The notes under the pieces are model-generated. The model was not told where the DNA came from and ran no database searches. It saw only the letters and a program-made list of their open reading frames with translations. Of a stretch of DNA of 64,000 nt, positions 49,599-58,074 are shown in pieces (the first letter of the stretch is position 1; every line of letters begins with the position of its first letter). The position numbers and the translations under genes were made by a program. This DNA is from a virus: the IMG/VR virus record IMGVR_UViG_3300032240_001333, positions 1 to 64,000 of that record. One strand, given 5' to 3'.

Positions 49599-49814
49599 CT
49601 AGTAGGTGTCAGGGTAAACATCTTCGGGTTTTCCAATCCCGATTACACGATATTTATTACGGATCATGCCCGTATCAATTTCGATTAAATAAGCATCAAT
49701 ATATCTGCCAAAAAAAGCAGAATGTTTTTCAGCAGAAACAATTTTTCCGCTGATAGTATCGGATGAATAAGTCCTACCGACTAGCAAGTCGGTGTGAGAG
49801 TAGATATTAGCCAT
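49599..49814 (-). CDS. Early-region hypothetical protein
   Basis: Promoter plus leader cassette. Confidence 0.65.
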   Translation of the reverse strand: MANIYSHTDLLVGRTYSSDTISGKIVSAEKHSAFFGRYIDAYLIEIDTGMIRNKYRVIGIGKPEDVYPDTY

Positions 49815-49865
49815 AGTTAGTTTTCCTTTCGTTTATGGTGTAATTTTAACATAACCCACTGACAA

Positions 49866-50015
49866 TCAGTGGGTTGGCGTTTCCGCCATGATTAGTTTTA
49901 ATAAACCAATTCGTTGCGATTTGGTTAAATTTAATTTCGCAACAGTTTCGGATTTTATTCCGCCATTATTATATTCGAACAAAAGTTCGTTATAGATTTC
50001 GCTAAATTCTTTCAT
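49866..50015 (-). CDS. Early-region 49-aa protein (not in ORF track)
   Basis: MKEFSEIYNELLFEY...; promoter plus leader cassette. Confidence 0.6.
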   Translation of the reverse strand: MKEFSEIYNELLFEYNNGGIKSETVAKLNLTKSQRIGLLKLIMAETPTH

Positions 50016-50122
50016 TTAGTTTTCCTTTCGTTTAATAGTTTTATTCTAACACCTACCACTGACATTTTGCCTATTACTGACCAGTATTTGAGACAGTATT
50101 CGTGTGATCATAATCACACGAG

Positions 50123-50197
50123 TTATCCACGACACGCCCGAAGTTTTCCACAGATTTTCAGGGGTTTTCCACATCTGTGCATAAACCCTGTGGATAA
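50123..50197. promoter_or_regulatory. Cluster of five DnaA boxes
   Basis: TTATCCACG 50123, TTTTCCACA 50144 and 50165, TGTGCATAA 50176, TGTGGATAA 50189. Confidence 0.75.
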
Positions 50198-50969
50198 CGC
50201 CCACAAAAAGCTGCGGGCCAATGTCGCCATTGTCAAGGCGACACGCCGTCTATTTCTTGTGAGTTTCCTCACATACGCATTTGGTATATGCGCCAGCGTT
50301 TAACCTGCCACATTTAGGGCAGGTATAGAAACCAGCAGGATTAGTCATTTAACCCACCGCTCTTTACATCGTAGTAGATAGCGTAGACTAGGGCAGATAC
50401 TACACCTAGCAACGCTAATTGGATGGCGGTGGTGATTAGTCTATTTAGTGTCATTACTTACGACCTCTCCATATTTTAATTCCAGCAATTACTACAACAG
50501 ATACGATAATTAGTTTCCAATCTAGTGCGACATAGAACCAATCGCTATCTACGCAGAAACCATATGAGTTTAATTCAATAGTCATTTATTACTCCGTCCA
50601 GTCTAAGGTTAATTCTTGCTCTGCTAATTCATCAAGGCTAATTATATCGGTATCAAAATCGCTAACGATATCTTCATCGCCCTCTTGCTTGGCGATAGCC
50701 TCTCTCTCGTCCCAATGGCGGTATGCGTCTGCGATATCCGCTTGGATAGTGTCCCATTTAGTCATCATATTAGAAACCCCAGCAATCTGAGCAGATAACT
50801 ACATCGCTCTCATCGTAGAATATAGAGGACATCTCTACATCGCACACCTTACAATTTAAGGTGATTAGTGTGTCGTTCATTTTCTTACCTTCTTTCGTTT
50901 TTGTTATGGTGAAACCTTATCATACCCCACCGACAAAGCGCAAGCCTTGCCGATGTGATGTTGCTCACA

Positions 50970-51194
50970 TTAGTAGGCACCATAGGTGCCATCCTTTAGT
51001 GATTGGATAGTAGTCAATACATGGTCAATAGCCATCATGACTATCTCTTTATCAGAGCGGTCTTGATAAGCCCAATGATCCTTATAGTAGACATATGCTT
51101 GCTCATATGTCCAGCAATAAGTATCGTGATAATACTTAAGCGTAGGAGATAGCGTTTCATACGCCTCATTTATTTCTTTTATCATAGTTATCAT
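50970..51194 (-). CDS. First gene of the leftward early block, hypothetical
   Basis: TCAACGAAAGGA leader; long structured 5'UTR. Confidence 0.65.
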   Translation of the reverse strand: MITMIKEINEAYETLSPTLKYYHDTYCWTYEQAYVYYKDHWAYQDRSDKEIVMMAIDHVLTTIQSLKDGTYGAY

Positions 51195-51221
51195 ATTTAT
51201 ATCCTTTCGTTGATATATATT

Positions 51222-51273
51222 GAGCGGTTATTTGCTAGGCTCACCTTTCGGATTATTTGCTAGGCTCACGCTC
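51222..51273 (-). repeat. Structured leader with a 17-nt direct repeat
   Basis: GTGAGCCTAGCAAATAA twice, around CCGAAAGG, closed by GAGCG/CGCTC. Confidence 0.75.
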
Positions 51274-51559
51274 TAATTCTTTATTTAATTTATACTATAA
51301 TCATATAAGAGGGGACTGACATTTTGCAAGTCACAAATCGGACATGTCGGACATTTTGAAAACTTTTTTTGGAAAATCGTGTGATACTCCTCACATATGG
51401 TCGCTCTAAAGGGATAAATCGGACATTTCAAAATGGTGTATCATACAAAATAAAAATATATTAACATTTTGTGAAATCTGAAATACTAGTCGACTAGGAT
51501 TATATGTGTATATATGAGATATATTTTAGTTAACTAAGATATTAATGTATAATTTAAAT

Positions 51560-52180
51560 ATGATTCCTAAAATAATATGGCAAACCCATGAATGGGAGTT
51601 GGCGAATCTTCCAGATACTTTTAAAGAAAGCATGAATAGTTGGAAAGGCATAAATCCTACATGGGATTATAAATATATAAGTGCCAGAGAAAGATTAGAT
51701 CATATTAGAGATTATGGCGGGGAAGAACTTTTAAAATACTATAAAGAGTGTAATAAACTTACTCAAGCAGATCTATGGAGATATCTAATTCTATATAAAT
51801 TTGGCGGGGTATACTCAGATATGGATTTTAAATGCATTTCGCCTATAGACCAGATAATAGAAGAATCATATAAAGAAAATTCAATAATATTACATTCATT
51901 TATGGAAAATCAAACAGATCCTTTTGTCAATAGCGTTATAGGATCAGATGCTAGTCAACCAGTATTTAAAAGACTAATAGAAGATGCTATAGAAAAGTTT
52001 AAATCTCTCCCAGTAGATAAAAATAATCTATATTGTCAACATGGATGTTGTTATAATAGTGATAGAGAATGTAATGGTAGAGATGATTATCATTTAGGAT
52101 GGGAGTATTTTTCTATGCATATTCAAAGACATGGGTCTCTTATTTCGCCGACGTTGCACTTGATTGCTCAACCATTTTAG
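51560..52180 (+). CDS. Glycosyltransferase family 32, leaderless
   Basis: MIPKIIWQT, ADLWRY, FGGVYSDMD. Confidence 0.85.
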   Translation: MIPKIIWQTHEWELANLPDTFKESMNSWKGINPTWDYKYISARERLDHIRDYGGEELLKYYKECNKLTQADLWRYLILYKFGGVYSDMDFKCISPIDQIIEESYKENSIILHSFMENQTDPFVNSVIGSDASQPVFKRLIEDAIEKFKSLPVDKNNLYCQHGCCYNSDRECNGRDDYHLGWEYFSMHIQRHGSLISPTLHLIAQPF

Positions 52181-52189
52181 GATATATGT

Positions 52190-52873
52190 ATGCACAATGT
52201 ATATTTAATTGGTGATTGTCATACAACTAGAATTTATCAACATCATGATTTTAATAGTAAAGATATTGATTTAAAAATTTGGGGCAAGGCTGGATTAAAT
52301 GCTTGGGATATAGCTTTTGATATAGAAGAATTAAAAAGAAATAATACAAAGGCTTCTAATATAGAATATGGAGACTTAGAAGATTGGCCAAGTGTATTAC
52401 ATTTTAATGATATAAAAGATGATGGATTAATATTAGCTTGGGCTGGGTATATAGATATAAAATATAATTTACCTAAATACAAAAATTCTGAAAAAGTAGT
52501 TATTAACTATATAAACTCTTTAATAAAGGCATTTCCAAATTCTAAAATTAAAATAATAGAACCACATCCTCAATTTGTAGAAGATATGATTAGAAAAGGG
52601 GAGGGACATGAAGGATTTGATTATGAGACCAGAGAAAAACAAAATAAAGAGTTTTGCAAAGCTCTCCAGAAGTATTCGTTAGAATTTGGTCTAGGTTTTA
52701 CTATTACTCAACAACAAATATATGAAGCAGCTGGATTAGATAAATTTACTATACTAGATACAATAAAAGGATTTCATCCAGATGATGTAGTAGATGGATT
52801 ACATCCTAAATATAGAGTAGGCATCTATAATATGTTTATGGATGAGATATATGGGATATTAAGTATAAGATAG
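52190..52873 (+). CDS. Hypothetical protein, possibly SGNH-fold
   Basis: IGDCH, G.ID and DGLH blocks. Confidence 0.5.
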   Translation: MHNVYLIGDCHTTRIYQHHDFNSKDIDLKIWGKAGLNAWDIAFDIEELKRNNTKASNIEYGDLEDWPSVLHFNDIKDDGLILAWAGYIDIKYNLPKYKNSEKVVINYINSLIKAFPNSKIKIIEPHPQFVEDMIRKGEGHEGFDYETREKQNKEFCKALQKYSLEFGLGFTITQQQIYEAAGLDKFTILDTIKGFHPDDVVDGLHPKYRVGIYNMFMDEIYGILSIR

Positions 52874-52903
52874 TCTCTTAATTCCGCCGATGCACTTTTA
52901 TTT

Positions 52904-53728
52904 TTATATATAAAACTTTTTGTATTGATCTGGGACTACGCCATTTATTTTTGCTCCTGGATTAACTCTTTTTACTTGTTCTTCCGTAAGCATTGATCCA
53001 TCATCATTTACATATGGATTATTTACAAATTGATCAGATTTGCCTTCTTCTACCTGCCAGTGTCCTTTAATCATATATTTTTCTCCACTTCTTATTTCAT
53101 GAGCTGTGTGTGGATATATATGCGGTTTTAATGGTGGAAATATAATTACACTAAAAGGTTTTGGTTTTAACCAAAATGTAATAAGATCTTTATTTTTTTC
53201 ATGGTCTGGTGGGTACAGGCCATTTGGACCTTCTGTAAGATTACCATTTATTACTTCTATTCTTTTATCAGCACTTGGTAAACTAAAAGATAATTCTCCG
53301 CCCTCGTAGTCATCATTTAAATACATTAATACCGAATAGCTTTTTAAATTAATAGGAACAGTGTCTATATGTGTTATGTAAACAGTTCCTGGGCAATGCC
53401 TGTCAATATGACTAAATTCATCAAATGGCTTTTGAGCATCTATATGCTTATCATTAGAGTAGTGAATTGATGCTTCAACAAATGCTTTGCTTATAATTTC
53501 ATTTACTTTAGGATGAGTTTGTTTACTAAATTCTTTTCTATAAGCTACCATTCCACTTTGATTTGCTTTTATTTCTGGATCTCGGTCTGGGTTATATATT
53601 TTACCAGTATCATATATTTTTACCCAATTTTCAGGTTTATTTAATATTGATAAAATATATTGTGCGTCTTCTTCATTAATTAAATCTGTATAGTAATAAC
53701 AATTTTCATCTAATTTTTCAATATTCAT
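52904..53728 (-). CDS. 2OG-Fe(II) oxygenase
   Basis: HID...YLNDDYEGGEL...H; probable leaderless start MNIEK. Confidence 0.85.
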   Translation of the reverse strand: MNIEKLDENCYYYTDLINEEDAQYILSILNKPENWVKIYDTGKIYNPDRDPEIKANQSGMVAYRKEFSKQTHPKVNEIISKAFVEASIHYSNDKHIDAQKPFDEFSHIDRHCPGTVYITHIDTVPINLKSYSVLMYLNDDYEGGELSFSLPSADKRIEVINGNLTEGPNGLYPPDHEKNKDLITFWLKPKPFSVIIFPPLKPHIYPHTAHEIRSGEKYMIKGHWQVEEGKSDQFVNNPYVNDDGSMLTEEQVKRVNPGAKINGVVPDQYKKFYI

Positions 53729-53765
53729 ATACACATTGTAGCAAATATAGTATACTAATATAGAT

Positions 53766-53838
53766 TGGTCCATAGCTCAGTTGGCAGAGCGCAGAGCTGT
53801 TAACTCTGATGTCCCAGGTTCGAGCCCTGGTGGACCAG
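53766..53838 (+). tRNA. tRNA-Asn(GTT)
   Basis: Acceptor TGGTCCA/TGGACCA, anticodon arm CAGAG-CTGTTAA-CTCTG, T arm CCAGG-TTCGAGC-CCTGG. Confidence 0.93.
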
Positions 53839-53947
53839 CATATTACAAGGAGGTAGATATGGAACCCAATAAAATGACACCTAAAGGATTATTTACAATT
53901 GGTGTATTTATTATGGCTTTAGTAATTTTTTCCATTGTTATAGCATC

Positions 53948-54574
53948 TTGAATATTCCAATAAATAAAGTAATATGGCAAACAAATGATGAAAATTTTGA
54001 AGATTTGCCACAAAGATTTATTAATAACATTAATTTTTGGAAAAACAAAAATTTAGGTTGGGATCATAGATATTTTAATGGTGAGCAAAGAAAAAATTTT
54101 TTAATTGAAAATGGATTTTTAAAAAATAATTTATCTTTAGATCGTTATAATAATTTAAAAAAATCTTGGCAATCTAATCTTTGGCGTGTAGCCGTGGTTT
54201 GGCAATTTGGTGGATCTTATGCAGACATGGACTCCGTTCCAGCGTTAGATCAATGTTTAGACAAGGCAATATTTAATGCAAATTCTTTAAAAAAACCATA
54301 TACTATTATTTGTACAAGAGATGAAAATCATTTAGGAATGGGTTGCAATAATGCAAATTTTATTGCACCAAAAAATTCAGATTTTTTAAAATCTGTATTA
54401 GATAAATATTTAAAGGTATTAAATAGCGATTATGATTATTTAAATGATGCTCAAATTAAAGAAAGAATAGAAAGAACAATGCCAAATATTACTTTTGGAT
54501 TAGAATCTATATATAGAGAAGATGCTGCATTTATTTTTGATGGAGTGCTTCATGGTAGTTCATTTAAACCATAA
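53948..54574 (+). CDS. Glycosyltransferase family 32
   Basis: INKVIWQT, NLWR, FGGSYADMD. Confidence 0.8.
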   Translation: MNIPINKVIWQTNDENFEDLPQRFINNINFWKNKNLGWDHRYFNGEQRKNFLIENGFLKNNLSLDRYNNLKKSWQSNLWRVAVVWQFGGSYADMDSVPALDQCLDKAIFNANSLKKPYTIICTRDENHLGMGCNNANFIAPKNSDFLKSVLDKYLKVLNSDYDYLNDAQIKERIERTMPNITFGLESIYREDAAFIFDGVLHGSSFKP

Positions 54575-54584
54575 TTAAAGAATT

Positions 54585-54656
54585 GGCTCCATCGTCTATC
54601 GGTTAGGACGCCAGATTTTCAATCTGGTAAGACGGGTTCGATTCCCGTTGGGGCTA
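54585..54656 (+). tRNA. tRNA-Glu(TTC)
   Basis: Acceptor GGCTCCA/TGGGGCT, anticodon arm CCAGA-TTTTCAA-TCTGG, T arm ACGGG-TTCGATT-CCCGT. Confidence 0.92.
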
Positions 54657-54854
54657 CTAGTTGACAGAAAATTTTATTTAATGTTATACTAATCACGGTT
54701 TGTGGGGGCTTACACTAGGGACTCAAATGTACCAGATGTAAATTCCTCTCTATCTTTCCAAAAAGATTTTTTAAATTTGGGGGGTAGGGGGGCTTTCCTA
54801 AAAATCTAAATACCCAGATATAACTTAAAAAAATATATAATATATAATAAAGAC

Positions 54855-55139
54855 ATGAAGTCTGAAAAGACTAGTATATCTAAACAAAAGGCATACTTGT
54901 CTAAATATATTCAGGAATTAAAATCCAAGACTCTTTGTATGGATTGTAAGATAAACTATCCCTATTATGTAATGGATTTCGATCATGTCAGAGGTAAAAA
55001 ACATAAAAATGTAATGGAATTAATTCCTACATTATCTAAAAAGAAAATTGATGAGGAAATAGCTAAATGCGAAATAGTATGTTCGAATTGTCACAGGATC
55101 AGAACTCATCAGAGAAAATTGAAAAAAACGGGGAAATAA
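54855..55139 (+). CDS. HNH endonuclease
   Basis: CMDC...FDHV...CEIVCSNCHR. Confidence 0.85.
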   Translation: MKSEKTSISKQKAYLSKYIQELKSKTLCMDCKINYPYYVMDFDHVRGKKHKNVMELIPTLSKKKIDEEIAKCEIVCSNCHRIRTHQRKLKKTGK

Positions 55140-55290
55140 AAATTTGGGACTTTGATCTCAGACCCATACCAGAGAATAATCAAATAGATTGGGAACATCT
55201 TAATAGATCCCATGAAGCACATAAGATAGTTGTAGGTCCTAATCCTCCAGTTGTATGGTGGTCTATATAGTCTATATATATTCTAGTTGA

Positions 55291-55638
55291 CTAGGATTTA
55301 GCTATAGAAAATGAATAGTAAAGCAACTCTTCAGTTTTAGACTTTACATCTTTATTTATTTTATTATACTTTGTAGTTAATTTATTATACTCATCTACAA
55401 GAAAAGCAATATTTTTATTTGCTTGATCTACATCAGCCTTATGATTTGATCTTTCATTAACTAACTCTACAGATCCATTCATAATAATATCGCTAGTATA
55501 TTTAATACAATACTGAGCAGATTGCAGAGAATTTTTTCTTTGATACTGTAAATCATCATTTATAAATATAATAACTATAAATTGTGCCAATAATAATCCG
55601 ACTAATATTAATATTAATTTATTTTTTTTATTTGTCAT
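55291..55638 (-). CDS. Membrane-anchored hypothetical protein
   Basis: N-terminal TM segment; TATACT just upstream. Confidence 0.6.
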   Translation of the reverse strand: MTNKKNKLILILVGLLLAQFIVIIFINDDLQYQRKNSLQSAQYCIKYTSDIIMNGSVELVNERSNHKADVDQANKNIAFLVDEYNKLTTKYNKINKDVKSKTEELLYYSFSIAKS

Positions 55639-55821
55639 ATACCTAGTATAGTATTTATATGTGTAACTTTCAAGTAGCCCACTTTTTCTAGAATAGCCCG
55701 TATTGGCCTTCTAAGGCCCTTTTGGGAGTTTTCTAGGCATAGATGGTGGGTTGGGTATGGATATCTCTCTTTCGACGCACTGCAATTTTACGCAATTGCA
55801 CTTATTTAGTAGAATTAGATC

Positions 55822-56322
55822 ATGGAAGAACAATACATTAAAGGTGATGAACCACTATGGGAGTATTTAAATAAAGAGCCTTATACCATCCGTCAAAGAA
55901 TGGCTGAATACTTTTTAGCAGATGAATCTTTAGTAGTAGATATAGGAACATATAAAGTTCCACTTAAGGTTAAGGGTGAGTTAATATCTATAGATCCACT
56001 TTGTACTTTTGCGGGTGGATACAATAAGGATGTTAAAACATTTTTAGAACAAGTTAATCCAATTAATTTTTCATTGTCTTGTCTCGGACTAGCAATAGAG
56101 GGCGGACAACAACAATGGGATGCCTTTATAGAGTTATTTAAAAGATCTAAGATAGCCGTTATAGAATATTCCAGAGATGCTCATAATCATTCTCATTTTG
56201 ATAAATTAGAAGAATTATGTAATATAAAAGAAGTTTATTTTAAAGCCTATTTAGATATGCCAGATATAGAATCTGAGGGAATTAAACCATATCCTAAAAG
56301 AAAATTTTTAGTCTTTAGGTGA
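55822..56322 (+). CDS. Methyltransferase-like hypothetical protein, leaderless
   Basis: VVDIG...SIDP. Confidence 0.45.
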   Translation: MEEQYIKGDEPLWEYLNKEPYTIRQRMAEYFLADESLVVDIGTYKVPLKVKGELISIDPLCTFAGGYNKDVKTFLEQVNPINFSLSCLGLAIEGGQQQWDAFIELFKRSKIAVIEYSRDAHNHSHFDKLEELCNIKEVYFKAYLDMPDIESEGIKPYPKRKFLVFR

Positions 56323-56486
56323 TTTTTTCCAAAACAGTAATTTTTTAAGAAATTTTTCAATTTTGTTTTGCATTCTCATTTCAGCACTTTCATTTTTATA
56401 ATGATCTGACTGAAAGTATGGACTAAACATTTGATTAGAAAAGTGTTTTGGGCTCATAGTTTAATTATACCTTAAATTTATTATAA

Positions 56487-57812
56487 TTATTGTGAAATAA
56501 ATGTTCCGCTAATATTAAATGTTGTTGATGTAGTCATATTAGCTGGTTTTTGTTTGGTAAATGATTCATATGTATTAGGGGTATTAGCTCCGTTAGAGAC
56601 ACTATAAATTAATCCAATAGAATTTGACCCAGCTGTTACTTTTCCACCAATATCATATATTGTTCCACCAATTGTACACTGTCCAAAAAGTAATGAATTA
56701 TAAGCAGCAGTAAATGGAAGAGTTAAAAAGTATTGAACTCCATTTTGACCAAAATTAGTTACTGTTGCTAGGTTAACATCTATATGCACAAGAACCATTT
56801 TTCCAGTTGCAAGATATCTTGCAGATGTTGGTGTTCCTGAGTATGCAAGATTTGTTGATGAAAGTGTTGATACATATGTTGTTACCGTTGGTGTAATTGA
56901 AGATAAATCTGGTTTATTAAGAATTTGAGCTTTACCAGATACTGCATTCCAATCAGAGTTTACTTGTGGAATAGCAGCAGTTGATTGAGTTGTATTATCT
57001 CCAAATGTCAGCGTTTTCCCAGAAGCCAATACCGTATTTCTATTTAATACTAAATTTGCAGAAGAGGAGGTAAGTCCAATTTGAATATCAGTAGATCCTA
57101 AAGTAGATTCAATTGTATTATTAACAAATTTAAGTTGACCCACTTGTAATTGATTAGCGCCATTAATTAAAAGTATTCCATTGTTTACAGATATACTAGC
57201 ATTTGTTAATAAAGATTGATCAACAATATTTATTGTATTTGGTCCAATATAAATATCCGCCCATTTTTTTGTTAAAGTTCCTAGAGTATATGTATTTGTT
57301 GTTGTTGGAACAATGTTGCTTGCTACATTTAAAAAGTCTAAAGGATTACCATCGGCACCAGTATCACCTTTGTCACCCTTTGGACCAATGTCACCTTGTG
57401 CACCAGTTGCTCCTTGAATACCTTGAATACCTTGTATGCCTTGTATGCCCTGTAAACCTGTATCACCTTTATCGCCTTTAATACCTTGTATGCCTTGAAT
57501 ACCAGCATCGCCCTTTGCACCAGTTGCACCAGTATCACCTTTTGGTCCAGTTAAACCAGTATCACCTGTATCACCTTTATCGCCTTTAATACCTTGAATA
57601 CCTTGTGGTCCAACAATATCTCCTGCATCTACCCAACCTTCTAATGTTGAATAAACCATTAAAGATCCGTCTGATTGTAATAACCAACAATCTCCTGGAG
57701 TACCTGCAGATGCACCTGCTCCTGCATTAAATGCAGCAAGATTTGGATAATTTCCTTTTAATGTAAATGATTGACCAGATGGTCCACGTTCTGAGGTTAT
57801 GATAAATGGCAT
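56487..57812 (-). CDS. Collagen-like (Gly-X-Y) fibre protein
   Basis: Uninterrupted GXY run ([15 protein letters not shown]...) followed by a beta-rich C-terminal domain. Confidence 0.85.
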   Translation of the reverse strand: MPFIITSERGPSGQSFTLKGNYPNLAAFNAGAGASAGTPGDCWLLQSDGSLMVYSTLEGWVDAGDIVGPQGIQGIKGDKGDTGDTGLTGPKGDTGATGAKGDAGIQGIQGIKGDKGDTGLQGIQGIQGIQGIQGATGAQGDIGPKGDKGDTGADGNPLDFLNVASNIVPTTTNTYTLGTLTKKWADIYIGPNTINIVDQSLLTNASISVNNGILLINGANQLQVGQLKFVNNTIESTLGSTDIQIGLTSSSANLVLNRNTVLASGKTLTFGDNTTQSTAAIPQVNSDWNAVSGKAQILNKPDLSSITPTVTTYVSTLSSTNLAYSGTPTSARYLATGKMVLVHIDVNLATVTNFGQNGVQYFLTLPFTAAYNSLLFGQCTIGGTIYDIGGKVTAGSNSIGLIYSVSNGANTPNTYESFTKQKPANMTTSTTFNISGTFISQ

Positions 57813-57813
57813 A

Positions 57814-58074
57814 TTATCTTTCCAATATTAAAATAGAAGTTGTTCCAGATCCAATAGCATAAAGTTTGTCATAGGGATAGAGATCGGCACTAAAAATTTG
57901 TCCAGGTGCAAGTTTAATTCCATAAGATAATGTACTTACATTTTCATCGCCAATATAAAGCACATTTGTTGGATCTGTATTTTGAATAGATATTGTATTA
58001 TGTGAATCTACAGGATCTGTTAACGTCAATAATGCTGGAGTCCCAGTTAAAGTTAAATTTCTAGTTCTTAGCAT
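57814..58074 (-). CDS. Small beta-rich protein, possibly virion
   Basis: ISIQN...LYIG...YGIKL.PG; upstream of the fibre gene. Confidence 0.55.
   Translation of the reverse strand: MLRTRNLTLTGTPALLTLTDPVDSHNTISIQNTDPTNVLYIGDENVSTLSYGIKLAPGQIFSADLYPYDKLYAIGSGTTSILILER

Larger units (their letters stand above)
42628..51321 (-). promoter_or_regulatory. Thirteen dispersed PafBC/RecA-NDp-type promoters (TGTCRG-N10-TAnnnT)
   Basis: Plus-strand spans 42628-42649, 45112-45133, 46352-46373, 47201-47222, 47414-47435, 48009-48030, 48323-48344, 48804-48825, 49576-49597, 49843-49864, 50043-50064, 50914-50935, 51300-51321; 10-bp spacer in every copy. Confidence 0.85.
50103..51395. promoter_or_regulatory. 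Four CRP/GlxR-type boxes (TGTGA-N6-TCACA)
   Basis: Perfect matches at 50103-50118, 50258-50273, 50954-50969, 51380-51395. Confidence 0.75.

Noticed and set aside
50067-50303. ORF-track 78-aa plus-strand ORF
   Set aside because: Antisense to the block, no RBS, and made up of CRP, DnaA and GACAC boxes
42600-51330. CRISPR array or integron cassette array in the early block
   Set aside because: Repeats are irregularly spaced promoter/RBS motifs separated by whole genes; no constant repeat-spacer period, no attC-type bottom-strand hairpins, no integrase in the window
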